IMG/VR virus record: IMGVR_UViG_3300033150_000902
Coordinates: 1-60,459 of that record
From: a virus
Lineage: Duplodnaviria > Caudoviricetes
DNA: 60,459 nucleotides
Direction: 5' to 3' (one strand)
In this document: positions 47,889 to 58,400 of the stretch, in pieces
How the letters are laid out: each line of letters starts with the position of its first letter
How positions within the stretch are numbered: the first letter of the stretch is position 1
Position numbers and translations under genes: made by a program
Notes under the pieces: generated by a model
Databases searched by the model: none
The model's input: only the letters and a program-made list of their open reading frames with translations
Told to the model about the DNA's origin: nothing

Positions 47889-48803
47889 ATGAGTTTATAC
47901 CTGAAATACAGACCTAAGTCACTGGATGAAATATACGGTAATTCCGATCTGGTAAGGACTTTATCCAATATTCTGTCCGATGTTGAAACTTGTCCTCAAG
48001 TCTTTATGCTTCACGGTCCTACCGGTTGTGGAAAAACAACTATCGCCAGAATCATAGCCAACAGATTGGAATGCAAAGGAATGGACTTGCGGGAAGTGGA
48101 CGTTGCCGACTACAGGGGGATTGATTCAATTCGGGAAATCAGAAAGCAGGCGCAGTTCCGTCCTCTTGAAGGCAAGTGCAAAGTTTGGATTCTTGATGAG
48201 TGCCACCGGCTAACGCCGGACGCTCAATCCGCCTTGCTGAAAATACTTGAGGATACTCCTAAAGATGTCTATTTCATTCTTTGCACAACCGACCCTCAAA
48301 AAGTATTGCCTACAATACGCGGACGGTGCAGTCAATTTCAGGTCAAGCAATTGTCACCCGATGATATGTTCGCTTTGTTAAGATCAATAGTCAAGGCGGA
48401 AGGAGAGCGACTGCCAAAAACAGTATACGATCAGATTATTCAGGACAGTTTAGGGCATCCGAGAAACGCCATACAAACGCTTGAACAAGTGCTGCAAGCG
48501 GAGCCGGATGACAGATTAAAGGTAGCCAAGAGAGCGGCGGAGGAACAATCCCAATCTATTGAGCTTTGCCGAGCATTGTTAAAGGGCGCAGGATGGAAAG
48601 AGATCACAAATATCTTGTCCGGTCTACAAGAACAGGACCCTGAAGGAATTCGCCGCCACGTCCTCGCTTACTGCAACAGCATTCTACTGAAGGGAAGAAA
48701 TGATCAGGCGGCGCGGGTAATGGAGGAATTCATTGAACCTTTTTGGAATGCAGGCAAACCGGGATTGACTCTTGCTTGCTATTCCGTGATTTTTGGAGGG
48801 TAA
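47889..48803 (+). CDS. Clamp loader AAA+ subunit (DnaX/RFC-like)
   Basis: KYRPKSLDEIYG, GPTGCGKTT, ILDECH, TIRGRC. Confidence 0.88.
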   Translation: MSLYLKYRPKSLDEIYGNSDLVRTLSNILSDVETCPQVFMLHGPTGCGKTTIARIIANRLECKGMDLREVDVADYRGIDSIREIRKQAQFRPLEGKCKVWILDECHRLTPDAQSALLKILEDTPKDVYFILCTTDPQKVLPTIRGRCSQFQVKQLSPDDMFALLRSIVKAEGERLPKTVYDQIIQDSLGHPRNAIQTLEQVLQAEPDDRLKVAKRAAEEQSQSIELCRALLKGAGWKEITNILSGLQEQDPEGIRRHVLAYCNSILLKGRNDQAARVMEEFIEPFWNAGKPGLTLACYSVIFGG

Positions 48804-48809
48804 ATAATC

Positions 48810-49310
48810 GTGAATTATGAAAGAGACATAAAAATTGATGAATTGGCATTGGATGTGGAATGGTTGGAACAGCCACGCTTAATGTTAAAGTACAGCAGAC
48901 ATGCGGTGGAGACGAGAAAGACGTTGGACAAGGCAAAGTTGAATTTGGATGTTGCGCGGGCGCGGTTGGACAAGAAAATCCGCGCAAACCCGGGAGAATA
49001 CGGCCTGGCCAAAGTAGTGGAGGCTGCGGTGCAAAACGCCATCTTGGACGCACCTGAATATCTTGAAGCGCATGAAGAATATCTAAACGCCAAATACGAG
49101 GCGGAGATGGCTAAGGTGGTTGTCCAATCCATTGAACAAAGAAAAGAAGCCCTTGAAAATCTGGTGCGCTTACATGGCCTTCAGTACTTTGCAGGGCCAA
49201 AAGTGCCCCGCGACCTGTCCAAGGAAGTACAACAGCAACATCAACAAAAACAGGTAGACGGCAGGGTGGCGTCGGCCATGAGGCGTAGAAAGAGGAGTGC
49301 CGACGAATGA
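48810..49310 (+). CDS. Coiled-coil protein, possibly a UvsY-like recombination mediator
   Basis: Helical; located between clamp loader and SSB. Confidence 0.35.
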   Translation: MNYERDIKIDELALDVEWLEQPRLMLKYSRHAVETRKTLDKAKLNLDVARARLDKKIRANPGEYGLAKVVEAAVQNAILDAPEYLEAHEEYLNAKYEAEMAKVVVQSIEQRKEALENLVRLHGLQYFAGPKVPRDLSKEVQQQHQQKQVDGRVASAMRRRKRSADE

Positions 49311-49448
49311 GATGGGAAGTAATACTTATATGTATTATATGCGGTGCCATATTTCTATTCCCTTGTTTTATTTACTTAATCAGCAAAGCGCAAATGTTGG
49401 GATGGTTAACCGGATTAAATCAATTTTTTGAACAGGAGGTAAAAAAAC

Positions 49449-50522
49449 ATGGCAAGAAAAAGCCGGAAAACAAGTAGATTTGCAGGCAAGGTCAAGGCTA
49501 ACGCTAAAAAACAGCGTCAAGCCCAAACTCAGTATGGATACCTGAACCTGCCTCGTGAAATTAGTGTGTTCAACCCTGAGCCTGGCTCACGGGTAAAGCT
49601 GGACTTTTTGCCCTACAAGGTGACGGACGCAAGGCACCCTGATCGTGATAACGAGTTGGGAGTGGCCATTCCCGGAGAGCTTTGGTACAAGCGGCCTTTC
49701 AAGGTTCACCGAAACATAGGCGCGGGCAATGAAACAGTGGTTTGTCCTTCATCCGTGGGCAAAAAATGTCCTATTTGTGAATACCGCGGCAAAAGAATGA
49801 AAGAAGGCGCGGATAAAGAGGAACTGGACGCGTTAAAACTCTCGTATCGCAACTTGTACGTGGTGGTTCCTAAAAATTCCAAGAAGCATGATGAGGAACC
49901 CCATATTTTCGACATCAGTCAATTCCTCTTCCAAAATTTGCTTACGGATGAACTGGACGAGGACGAACGGTATGAAACATTCCCTGATCTTGAAGAGGGA
50001 TGGACTTTGCGCGTTCGATTTGATAGCCGAACAATCGGGAGCGGGAGACCGTTCGCCGACGCTTCCCGGATAGACTTTGAGGAAAGAGACGCGCCCTATG
50101 ATGAAAGCATACTGAAGAAAGTGCCTAACCTGGATGAAGTGTTGAATGTTTTATCGTACACGGAGCTTGAACGGAAGTTTATGGAATTGGAAGATGAACC
50201 GGAACCGGACGAAGAAATTGTAGAAGATGAAGAAATAGTGGAGGATGAAGAAATTGTGGAAGATGATGTTATAGAAGAGGAAGAAGAACCAAACGAGGAT
50301 GACACCTGCATTGCGTGCGAGGGAACAGGGAAGAACTCCAAAGGCAAAACATGCCGAATTTGCAGAGGAACCGGAAAGAAGAGAGAAACCGAAAAAGAGG
50401 ATAATCGTTGTCCTTACGGGCATACCTTTGGCAAGGACTGCGAAGAGTACAGGGAATGCGCGCAGAAATGCGAAGTATGGGATGATTGCATAGACGAGAA
50501 AGAGAGATTTCAAGATGAGTGA
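49449..50522 (+). CDS. Single-stranded DNA-binding protein (gp32-like) with acidic linker and Cys-rich tail
   Basis: LDFLPY, VH...VVCP..VGKKCPICE; DEEIVE repeats; CIACEGTG...CRICRGTG, CPYGH. Confidence 0.65.
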   Translation: MARKSRKTSRFAGKVKANAKKQRQAQTQYGYLNLPREISVFNPEPGSRVKLDFLPYKVTDARHPDRDNELGVAIPGELWYKRPFKVHRNIGAGNETVVCPSSVGKKCPICEYRGKRMKEGADKEELDALKLSYRNLYVVVPKNSKKHDEEPHIFDISQFLFQNLLTDELDEDERYETFPDLEEGWTLRVRFDSRTIGSGRPFADASRIDFEERDAPYDESILKKVPNLDEVLNVLSYTELERKFMELEDEPEPDEEIVEDEEIVEDEEIVEDDVIEEEEEPNEDDTCIACEGTGKNSKGKTCRICRGTGKKRETEKEDNRCPYGHTFGKDCEEYRECAQKCEVWDDCIDEKERFQDE

Positions 50523-50859
50523 TTCTAATCCATTCTACTCAAAAATTGATAAACTGGCCGGGGGATATATCCCTCGGTCTATGGCAGAGCGTTTGGCTTT
50601 GGTGGCAGTATATAAGAACACAACCAGAACCGATCTCATAAAGAAAGCGGTTGAGTCTATTTTGTCTGATCAACCAGATAATAATGAATTAATACAGAAG
50701 ATAGCTCAAATGGCTTTGGATAGTAGAAATGGAGAAGAGGATTGGGATGCATTTTTAAACAGCGTTATCAATAATCTTACTAAACGCAGACTACCTCTTA
50801 CCTTTATTAACTCAATTTTAGATGAAGTTGAAAGGCGGCAAAGGATAAATGAATATTAA
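50515..50859 (+). CDS. Putative ribbon-helix-helix DNA-binding protein
   Basis: GGYIPRSMAERL...TTRTDLIKKAVE. Confidence 0.4.
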   Translation: MSDSNPFYSKIDKLAGGYIPRSMAERLALVAVYKNTTRTDLIKKAVESILSDQPDNNELIQKIAQMALDSRNGEEDWDAFLNSVINNLTKRRLPLTFINSILDEVERRQRINEY

Positions 50860-50982
50860 TATAGTATACAGGGAGGAACCGCACGAGGTCAAAAAACTTA
50901 TGACTGCGGCTCTGCGGCCAGTTCCATGGCCGGGGGACAGAGGGGGTTATTGTGGTGATGACACGTTGTAACGCACATTGGA

Positions 50983-52065
50983 ATGAAAAGGAATGAAAAG
51001 GGAATGAAAAGAACTAAACGAACATCCAAATCCTTAGCGTCCAAAGTAGAAAACTACCTCAATGGCCCTTCAAACCAACAAAGCAAGGAGTTTGACGGGG
51101 ATACTAAACTCATGGTGAGCACAGGCTCCACCTTGCTTGATCTGGCTATCTCAGGCGGACGCTGTAAATATGGGGGAATTCCGGCAGGCATACTTGTAGA
51201 AATATTCGGGCCGAGCGGATGCGGAAAGACCACGCTGCTATGTGAAATCGCCGGAGACGTGCAACGGAAAGGCGGTCAGGTAATGTTCCATGATCCTGAA
51301 GCCAGGCTGAATAAAGAGTTCGCAAAAATCTTTGATCTTGATACTACTAATATGGAATATGTGGTAGTCAATACCGTGCCTGAAGTTTTCTCGTCTGTGA
51401 GGGAGTGGGACGTGGAAAATCCAAAACGGGTGAACGGCATTTTCGCGGACTCTTTAGCCGCCCTATCCACTGACATGGAGATGTCCAAGGAGACAGGCGA
51501 TAAAATGGGCATGAGACGCGCCAAGGAGTTCAGCGAAGAGCTAAGAAAGACTTGCCGGATTTTAGCTCAGAACAATTATCTAATGGTTTGCTCTAATCAG
51601 ATTAGACAGAACATTGACGCAGGTCCTTACGGTCAGCGTTACGTGAGTCCTGGCGGGGAAGCGATAGGATTTTATTCAAGTCTCCGTCTGCGGTGTTTTT
51701 CTCCACAGAAGGTCAAAGTCAAAAAGGTGGTCAATGGAAAAGAATATTCAAGGGTGATAGGTGTGGATACGCAGATCGAGGTTTTCAAGTCGTCTATATG
51801 GAAACCTTATCATATAGCACCTGTTACGATTATTTTTGATTACGGGATTGATGACATCCGGCAAAATCTGCAATTTATAAAGGCGCATCAAAAAAGCACT
51901 ACCTATATCTTACGGGATGAAAAATTAGGAAAGTCGCTGGAGCAGGCGATTCAGACAGTTGAGAAAGAAAAACTTGAGACGGATTTAAAGGATGAGGTAG
52001 TAAGGTTATGGCAGGAGATAGAATCCAAGTTCCAAAGTGACCGCAAGCCTAAGAAACGTTCTTGA
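50983..52065 (+). CDS. recA: RecA/UvsX-like recombinase
   Basis: STGSTLLDLA, EIFGPSGCGKTT, DSLAAL, NQIR, GGEAIGFYSSLR. Confidence 0.9.
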   Translation: MKRNEKGMKRTKRTSKSLASKVENYLNGPSNQQSKEFDGDTKLMVSTGSTLLDLAISGGRCKYGGIPAGILVEIFGPSGCGKTTLLCEIAGDVQRKGGQVMFHDPEARLNKEFAKIFDLDTTNMEYVVVNTVPEVFSSVREWDVENPKRVNGIFADSLAALSTDMEMSKETGDKMGMRRAKEFSEELRKTCRILAQNNYLMVCSNQIRQNIDAGPYGQRYVSPGGEAIGFYSSLRLRCFSPQKVKVKKVVNGKEYSRVIGVDTQIEVFKSSIWKPYHIAPVTIIFDYGIDDIRQNLQFIKAHQKSTTYILRDEKLGKSLEQAIQTVEKEKLETDLKDEVVRLWQEIESKFQSDRKPKKRS

Positions 52066-52313
52066 AAAAGGAGAAAATTACTATGGACACTGCACTATCT
52101 GAAAAACTTGAAAGGATAGAAAAACTATTACTCCAACAAGCGCAAGAGAGGGAAAAGAAGGGAGAGAAAGCAAAAAAGGCATTCGAAGAAATTGTAGTCT
52201 GTATGGTAGGCATACTCAAGATAGCCCTTGTCATTATGGGACTTGCTTTAATGGCGGGGGTTCTCTATGCTTTCTTAGATATGTTGAACGTATAGTCAAG
52301 GAAGATAAACCAA

Positions 52314-52904
52314 ATGGCCAAAGGAAGTCAAAACGAGAGAGATAAATGCCGTGAATGGTCTTTATGGTGGAGCAATGGGCTTGGCATCAAACCACCGAGG
52401 GATGATATTTTTTGGCGATCTGCGGGAAGCGGAGCCCGAGCCAGACTAAGACGTAATATCGGGCATACCGTGCACCAGGGATACGGAGATATGATTGCGG
52501 AGGATTCAATCGGCCAGCCGCTCATAGATGCATGCACTTTTGAATTTAAAAAAGGATATCGCGATCTCTCATTGCTTTCTTGCATAGACAGCAAACAGAA
52601 AACGCCGAGGCTTGTGTCGTTTCTGAAGCAAATAGAAGCGGACGCTGAAGAGAAGGGAAATCATCCTGTATTGGTTTTTCAAAGGGACTACCGAGATGCG
52701 GTTATTTGTATAACCACTGTACTGTACAACCTAATTGTACAGTGGAATGAAATAAACACGGCAAAGATAAGGTTCACCTACCCAGGCTTACAACACAAAT
52801 TCATTATGATGAGGCTTATAGACTTCTTTCATTCGGTAAATCCTAATTTTTTCATTCATTACGCAAACAATAAAACAGATTACATTGCAGGTGACTATGA
52901 CTAA
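52314..52904 (+). CDS. Holliday junction resolvase (Hjc-like PD-(D/E)XK)
   Basis: KGSQNER, RSAGSGA, GDM, FEFKKGY. Confidence 0.7.
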   Translation: MAKGSQNERDKCREWSLWWSNGLGIKPPRDDIFWRSAGSGARARLRRNIGHTVHQGYGDMIAEDSIGQPLIDACTFEFKKGYRDLSLLSCIDSKQKTPRLVSFLKQIEADAEEKGNHPVLVFQRDYRDAVICITTVLYNLIVQWNEINTAKIRFTYPGLQHKFIMMRLIDFFHSVNPNFFIHYANNKTDYIAGDYD

Positions 52905-53952
52905 AGACATGATTAAAGAATTGCATATTCAAAATTTTCAGTCCCACAAACAGACTGATTTGACGCTTGCTCCTGGGATCAATGCTTTCCTCGGTTCCTC
53001 GGATACAGGCAAGTCTGCTATTTTACGAGCCCTTCGTTGGTTAATTTGGAATCGCCCGCAAGGGGACGCCTTCCGTTCAACCTGGGGAGGTGATACTTCT
53101 GTTTCTTTAGTAGTCTCCTCTGATGATCAGGACTTTTCAATTACCCGTGCCAAAAGCAAGTCAGACAATATATACACCTTGAATGACCTTGAGTTTCGGG
53201 CATTCGGAACGGAAGTGCCAGAGGAAATTACGAATGTATTGAATATTAACGGGATAAATTTTCAACAGCAATTGGAGAGACCCTTTCTTCTTGACAGCAG
53301 TCCCGGTGAAGTGGCTTCACATTTCAATCGTGTGGCCCATCTTGACACAATCGATTTCGCAATAAGCAATATTCAAAGATGGATAAGGGAAACAGAACGG
53401 AATATTTCCACTGTTCAAGATCGTAAAACCGATCTGGAAGAAAGCCTTGAACAATACATCCACCTTGATGAAGTGGAAAAAGATATACAAGTAGCCGAGG
53501 CTTTAGAAAGACACCTCTCAAGTTTGACGCAAAGAAAAGTTAATATATCACGGATTCTTCACGAGATTCAAGAGGCGGAAGAAAGAAAAAAGACGTACTC
53601 CCGTTGGACAAAACTGGAAAAGCCTGTAGCCCGATTGATAAAGTTGAATCATGATCATAATGAATTATCCGATATCTTAGACAAGCTAAAGGACGTAAAT
53701 GATGATATCTCCCTTTTCTCCGATGTTCTTGAACTTGAAGATGAAGTCAACATCATTTTGGAGTCAATCTCCAGATTGAAAGTCCTTACTCGACGGTTTG
53801 ATCAATTAGAGTCTCTCATAAGGTCTGCTGTAAAAACAGATCGACAATACTCCCAAACCCAGGCGTTATTGAATGATTATGAATTGCAATTTGAAAGCGC
53901 AATGCCTGATCAATGCCCTTTGTGCGGACAGACAATTCCTAAACAATCATAA
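52885..53952 (+). CDS. Rad50/SbcC N-terminal half (Walker A to zinc hook)
   Basis: IQNFQSH, GSSDTGKSAILRAL, Q-loop, coiled coil, ends CPLCGQ. Confidence 0.85.
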   Translation: MQVTMTKDMIKELHIQNFQSHKQTDLTLAPGINAFLGSSDTGKSAILRALRWLIWNRPQGDAFRSTWGGDTSVSLVVSSDDQDFSITRAKSKSDNIYTLNDLEFRAFGTEVPEEITNVLNINGINFQQQLERPFLLDSSPGEVASHFNRVAHLDTIDFAISNIQRWIRETERNISTVQDRKTDLEESLEQYIHLDEVEKDIQVAEALERHLSSLTQRKVNISRILHEIQEAEERKKTYSRWTKLEKPVARLIKLNHDHNELSDILDKLKDVNDDISLFSDVLELEDEVNIILESISRLKVLTRRFDQLESLIRSAVKTDRQYSQTQALLNDYELQFESAMPDQCPLCGQTIPKQS

Positions 53953-54006
53953 AATGTAGGCACTTCACAATATCTGTTTACATTTACTGTTTTCAAAGGA
54001 GCAAAG

Positions 54007-54906
54007 ATGAAAAGAACCAGACAAACGGTAGGGCCAGACGCAATACTAACTGCTGATTGGCATTTAAGGGAAACCACTCCCATTTGCCGTACTGATGATT
54101 TTTGGAGAGCGCAATGGGACAAGGTGGAGGAAGTTACTAGACTACAGATCAAATATAACTGCCCTGTAATCCACGCCGGTGACCTGTTTGATCATTGGAA
54201 GCCTTCTCCATACTTGCTATCGCAAGCATTCTTGAAATTGCCAAATCGGTTTTGGACTATCTATGGCAATCATGACCTGCCTCAGCATAACCTTGATTTA
54301 TCAGTTAAGAGTGGAGTATACACTTTGGTATCCGGCTTCAGAATTAATCTCCTGGCCTCCGCTCATTGGAATATAGATAACTTACGGGAAGATTTACAAG
54401 CGCACACTATTCACCTGAAAAAGAGTGAGTTATTGGTCTGGCATATTATGACATACCACGGGGAACCTCCTTGGCCTGGATGCACCGACTTCTCGGCAAA
54501 ACAGATTTTAGAGATGTTCCCTCAATTTGACTTAATACTTACGGGGCACAATCACAAGTCCTTTATAGTCGAGCATGAAGGAAGATGGTTGGTTAATCCA
54601 GGGGCATTAACAAGGCAAACGGTGGATCAGATAGATCACCGACCTTGCGTGTATTTATGGTATGGGGAATCCCGTGAGGTGAAGCCCTATTATCTGCCTT
54701 GTAAAAAAGATGTAATTTCAAAAGAACATCTGACTTATGCAAAAGCAAAAGATGAACGGATAGAAGCATTCATTAACCGCTTGAATCAAGACCATCTGAC
54801 CTCTATTAGTTTTGAGCGTAACTTGGAAATATTTGAAAAACAAAATCGAGTGCGAAAGTCCGTCATGGACTTAGTATGGAAGGCGGTACAGGGTGACGAG
54901 TTGTAG
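54007..54906 (+). CDS. Mre11/SbcD-like metallophosphoesterase nuclease
   Basis: ADWH, AGDLFD, GNHD, GHNH, NPGAL. Confidence 0.88.
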   Translation: MKRTRQTVGPDAILTADWHLRETTPICRTDDFWRAQWDKVEEVTRLQIKYNCPVIHAGDLFDHWKPSPYLLSQAFLKLPNRFWTIYGNHDLPQHNLDLSVKSGVYTLVSGFRINLLASAHWNIDNLREDLQAHTIHLKKSELLVWHIMTYHGEPPWPGCTDFSAKQILEMFPQFDLILTGHNHKSFIVEHEGRWLVNPGALTRQTVDQIDHRPCVYLWYGESREVKPYYLPCKKDVISKEHLTYAKAKDERIEAFINRLNQDHLTSISFERNLEIFEKQNRVRKSVMDLVWKAVQGDEL

Positions 54907-54995
54907 AAAAAACCTATGCTGAGTCAGGGTTTTCCGGTCAAATTTAGGAGTTTTTAAGTTAAGGGTACTTTTGTGGTTATAGGGAGGAGTGAAAA

Positions 54996-55223
54996 GTGAA
55001 AGAAAAAGAGCTTTTAGAACTGAAGGAAAAAATTGAACACGCCAAGTCTGAAATCGCCGAACTTACCGGACGGAGGAATTACCTCCTACAGGAGTTGAAC
55101 GACAAATGGGATTGTTCTGATATTACAGAGGCGAAACAGAAGTTGAAACAGATGGAAGCCGAAATAGATACTTTGGAAGAGGACATAAGACATAAGGTCA
55201 AACTAATCGAGGAAAAACTATGA
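54996..55223 (+). CDS. Small coiled-coil protein (possible Rad50 coil fragment)
   Basis: Heptad pattern; RBS GGAGG; coupled to the Rad50 C-half. Confidence 0.5.
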   Translation: MKEKELLELKEKIEHAKSEIAELTGRRNYLLQELNDKWDCSDITEAKQKLKQMEAEIDTLEEDIRHKVKLIEEKL

Positions 55224-55837
55224 ACACCATTCAGCGACTCCGTCTTGAGCTTGAACAGAAAAAAGGCAAAAGAGCCCAGATTCAAAGCGATCTGGAAACC
55301 TGCGCCTCTGAATTAAAGGAACTGAAAAGATACTTGCGCCGATGCGAACGGGCAAGAGAGATTATCCGTCAAGTAGGATTGAGGACCCAACAACAGCTTG
55401 AATTTCACATCTCCGATATAGTGACTATGGCTTTGGAGGCAGTATTTCCCGATCCCTATTTGTTCAAAGCTGAGTTTATCCAGAGAAGAAACAAAACGGA
55501 ATGCGACTTGTGGTTTGTACGAGATGAAGATAAAGTTGATCCCATTTCCTCCACTGGGGGAGGTGTAATAGACATAGCCAGTTTTGCGTTGCGTATAGCG
55601 TCCTGGTCTATTCAACACCCAAGGTCACGGGCTGTTCTGTTTTTAGATGAGCCTTTTAAACATTTGTCCATAGAATTATTGCCAAAGGCTGCCCAAGTAA
55701 TGAAACAATTATCCGAGCAACTCAATCTCCAAGTTATCATGGTAACCCATTCAGAGGAACTTGCAGAAGCTGCAGATAAAACTTTTCTTACTTCCATTGC
55801 AAAAGGAGAATCCACTGTTAAAGAAGTAGACACATAA
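55220..55837 (+). CDS. Rad50/SbcC C-terminal half
   Basis: Signature STGGG, Walker B LFLDEPF, H-loop VTH. Confidence 0.85.
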   Translation: MNTIQRLRLELEQKKGKRAQIQSDLETCASELKELKRYLRRCERAREIIRQVGLRTQQQLEFHISDIVTMALEAVFPDPYLFKAEFIQRRNKTECDLWFVRDEDKVDPISSTGGGVIDIASFALRIASWSIQHPRSRAVLFLDEPFKHLSIELLPKAAQVMKQLSEQLNLQVIMVTHSEELAEAADKTFLTSIAKGESTVKEVDT

Positions 55838-55858
55838 GAAATAAGGAGACTATCACAA

Positions 55859-56752
55859 ATGAATCATGGAAACTTAGGCTTATTGAATTATATACCTACG
55901 AAAAATATAAAAAGAGATTTGTTACAGGCTATCGATAAAGCTATTGAAATAGCCCCAGATGAAGAAGGCTGGTATCCTCTTTATCAAAAAGCCCCTAAAT
56001 ATGGAGGATTCAACCAGGAAGCGGAGATCGAAGAATATACAGAAAGAGTAAGGGAGCACGAAACGGTTCAGTTTCAAGCCTGCGGTACCACCTACACTAT
56101 TATTAATACCAAACCGCGCTTGAAAAATTTTAGGGAGCGGATACAAAGAGATTTTCCCGACAAACCTTTGAATCATCCTGCGGTGCTACCTACAATGAGG
56201 CCCAGCGCGCCTTCTCGTAGTAACCGTATACGAGGGCCTGTTTCATATTATAACCCTTTCAAGGCAAGAACCAATAATATCAAACCCAAACCGGAACCAG
56301 ATGAAATTGTTATAATAGATAAAGAAAAAAGATGGTTGTCAAATGGTTCATACATAGTACTTCTGAAGGACATCTCCTCGATAAAGAATAGGGAAGTTGT
56401 AGAGCGATCTATTGAGAGCATCTGGCCTAAATCTGATGAAACTATTGCTCCTTGTATTCACTTGGCCGAATTTTTCTTAGGTTCCGCTGATCTGACTGAT
56501 AATTTCCATCATTTTCCTGTAAAGGTGCACGCTGTATCTTCTCCGTCGAATCATGAAATCTACCAAGCACGTTATTTTGATCGCATCCTTACCCTTTGGC
56601 CTAAAGCTCAAATTTTCATGCTTGAAGAACGTGAACGGTCGCATGGCCCTGCATTTTTTAAATTTGAGAATAATTTTGTAGGAGCGGTAATGCCTCTTCA
56701 AGTGGGTGAAAATACCTGGGAATTTGTCAGGGCTAATTTTAAAGAGCAATGA
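55859..56752 (+). CDS. Hypothetical protein
   Basis: RBS AAGGAG; C-terminal GAVMPL. Confidence 0.5.
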   Translation: MNHGNLGLLNYIPTKNIKRDLLQAIDKAIEIAPDEEGWYPLYQKAPKYGGFNQEAEIEEYTERVREHETVQFQACGTTYTIINTKPRLKNFRERIQRDFPDKPLNHPAVLPTMRPSAPSRSNRIRGPVSYYNPFKARTNNIKPKPEPDEIVIIDKEKRWLSNGSYIVLLKDISSIKNREVVERSIESIWPKSDETIAPCIHLAEFFLGSADLTDNFHHFPVKVHAVSSPSNHEIYQARYFDRILTLWPKAQIFMLEERERSHGPAFFKFENNFVGAVMPLQVGENTWEFVRANFKEQ

Positions 56753-56767
56753 AGGAGATATCATAGC

Positions 56768-57268
56768 ATGAAAGAAGTCACCATAGAAATTACACAGTTT
56801 TGTCCGAATGAATGTGATTATTGCTCATCAAATGCCAACATAGATGGAGAGCATTTGAGCATCAGTGTTATTAGGAAATTTATAGAATCGCTATCTTCCC
56901 CACCTGATATTATAAACATCTCTGGAGGCGAACCCTTGGCGCATCCCAACTTCTATGAGATTTTGCTCTTAGCCAAGCAGTATGCACCTGAGGTTTGGGT
57001 CTACACAAACGCTTTAACGCATATTCGCTTCAATTCAGATATTTTGCCTGACGGAATCACGTGCCATGCTAACGTTATCCTCAAGCCAGGTTCCCGTATT
57101 CCTAAAGCGGATGGAGTGCATTTTCTAAGGTTAATCAATCAGGGACGAGCAAAACATCTACCTGAAATGAAATACAAAGTATCGGGAGAAGATTGTAAGA
57201 ATTGTGATCATGTCGTTTTGCAGGCAGACGGCAAGGTTGTATTAGCTCCATGCCGAAAGGAATATTGA
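56768..57268 (+). CDS. Short radical SAM protein
   Basis: EITQFCPNECDYC, ISGGEPL, YTN. Confidence 0.75.
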   Translation: MKEVTIEITQFCPNECDYCSSNANIDGEHLSISVIRKFIESLSSPPDIINISGGEPLAHPNFYEILLLAKQYAPEVWVYTNALTHIRFNSDILPDGITCHANVILKPGSRIPKADGVHFLRLINQGRAKHLPEMKYKVSGEDCKNCDHVVLQADGKVVLAPCRKEY

Positions 57269-57280
57269 AAGAGGTGTCTT

Positions 57281-58291
57281 ATGAGTTATATTGAAAATCT
57301 TAAGAGTAAGGGTAGTGGTGTTGTCTGCTGTACTCTACAAACAAATAGATGCCCGGATAATTGTGAAGATTGTTACTTTCAGTCAGACCGGTCGCATCTT
57401 GAACCGTTGGAAGGATACCATCTTAGCGCGTCTCCGCAAGTTCCTACTAATGTCCGAGTCGTACGGGTTAACGTTGGAAATGATGATGGTATACAGCAGG
57501 ATAAAGTGATAAGTCAGCAAGATGAAGTAATCCGACTGACAAATCAACATTCCATGAGATTCTTTGATACTTCAATTCCATACAATCTTGAGAGGTTTCC
57601 CGCACCCGTAGTGCTCACCATAAATCCAGGCAAAATGACGGATGAAAAATTCTATGAAGTATGATCTCATAATTTAATGTTTGTCAGGTTTCGAACTAAT
57701 ACTTGGAATCTATCTCTTGCCGAAGCCGCCATTCAATACTATGCAAAACGAGAAGTGCCAATAGTGCTTACTTTCATGGCATATTTTCATCAAATCATAC
57801 CACCAGAGCATAGGAAGAATTATGTCCTTCGAAAAAGAACTTTGGATTTTTGCTGGGCTATTACCACCGAGGCGTGGCGATCCATTATGGATTCCTATCG
57901 AAACACCCCATACGAGAAATGGGTTTATTCTTGCGGCAGAATTGAAGGGGAATTGGGAACCACTGCCTGCCGACATTGCGGAAATTGTCTTAGAGAATAT
58001 TTTGCAACGATGGAAAGACTGCAAAGAGGAATGGATGCGCGATATTTGGGATTTGATGAACACCTACGAATAGATTGGATGTTGGAGTGGATAAAACGCA
58101 TGACAGAAAAATACGGAGCGACTGTTTATGCGAAAGATGGTAGTGCATTAGATTGGGGTCAAGCTTTACACCGGGAATGTTATGGTAAAGACTGGCAGCA
58201 CAGAACACCATCTACACCTACGTGGAGGGCTATAGAATGTGCTAAAGCATGGGAATCAGGTAAGTTGCCCGATTGGTTACGATTAGTATAA
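57281..58291 (+). pseudogene. Radical SAM-like gene interrupted by an in-frame TGA at 57662-57664
   Basis: ORFs 57281..57664 (CPDNCEDC) and 57677..58291 are in the same frame, separated only by TGA + SHNL. Confidence 0.5.
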
Positions 58292-58400
58292 GAGGAGCCT
58301 ACCATGAAAGAATTTCCTATCATATTTTCAGCTTCAATGATCACCACCACCTTGGACGGCAGGAAAACTACGACCGCGTGCGGACATAAAGTATACTTAA

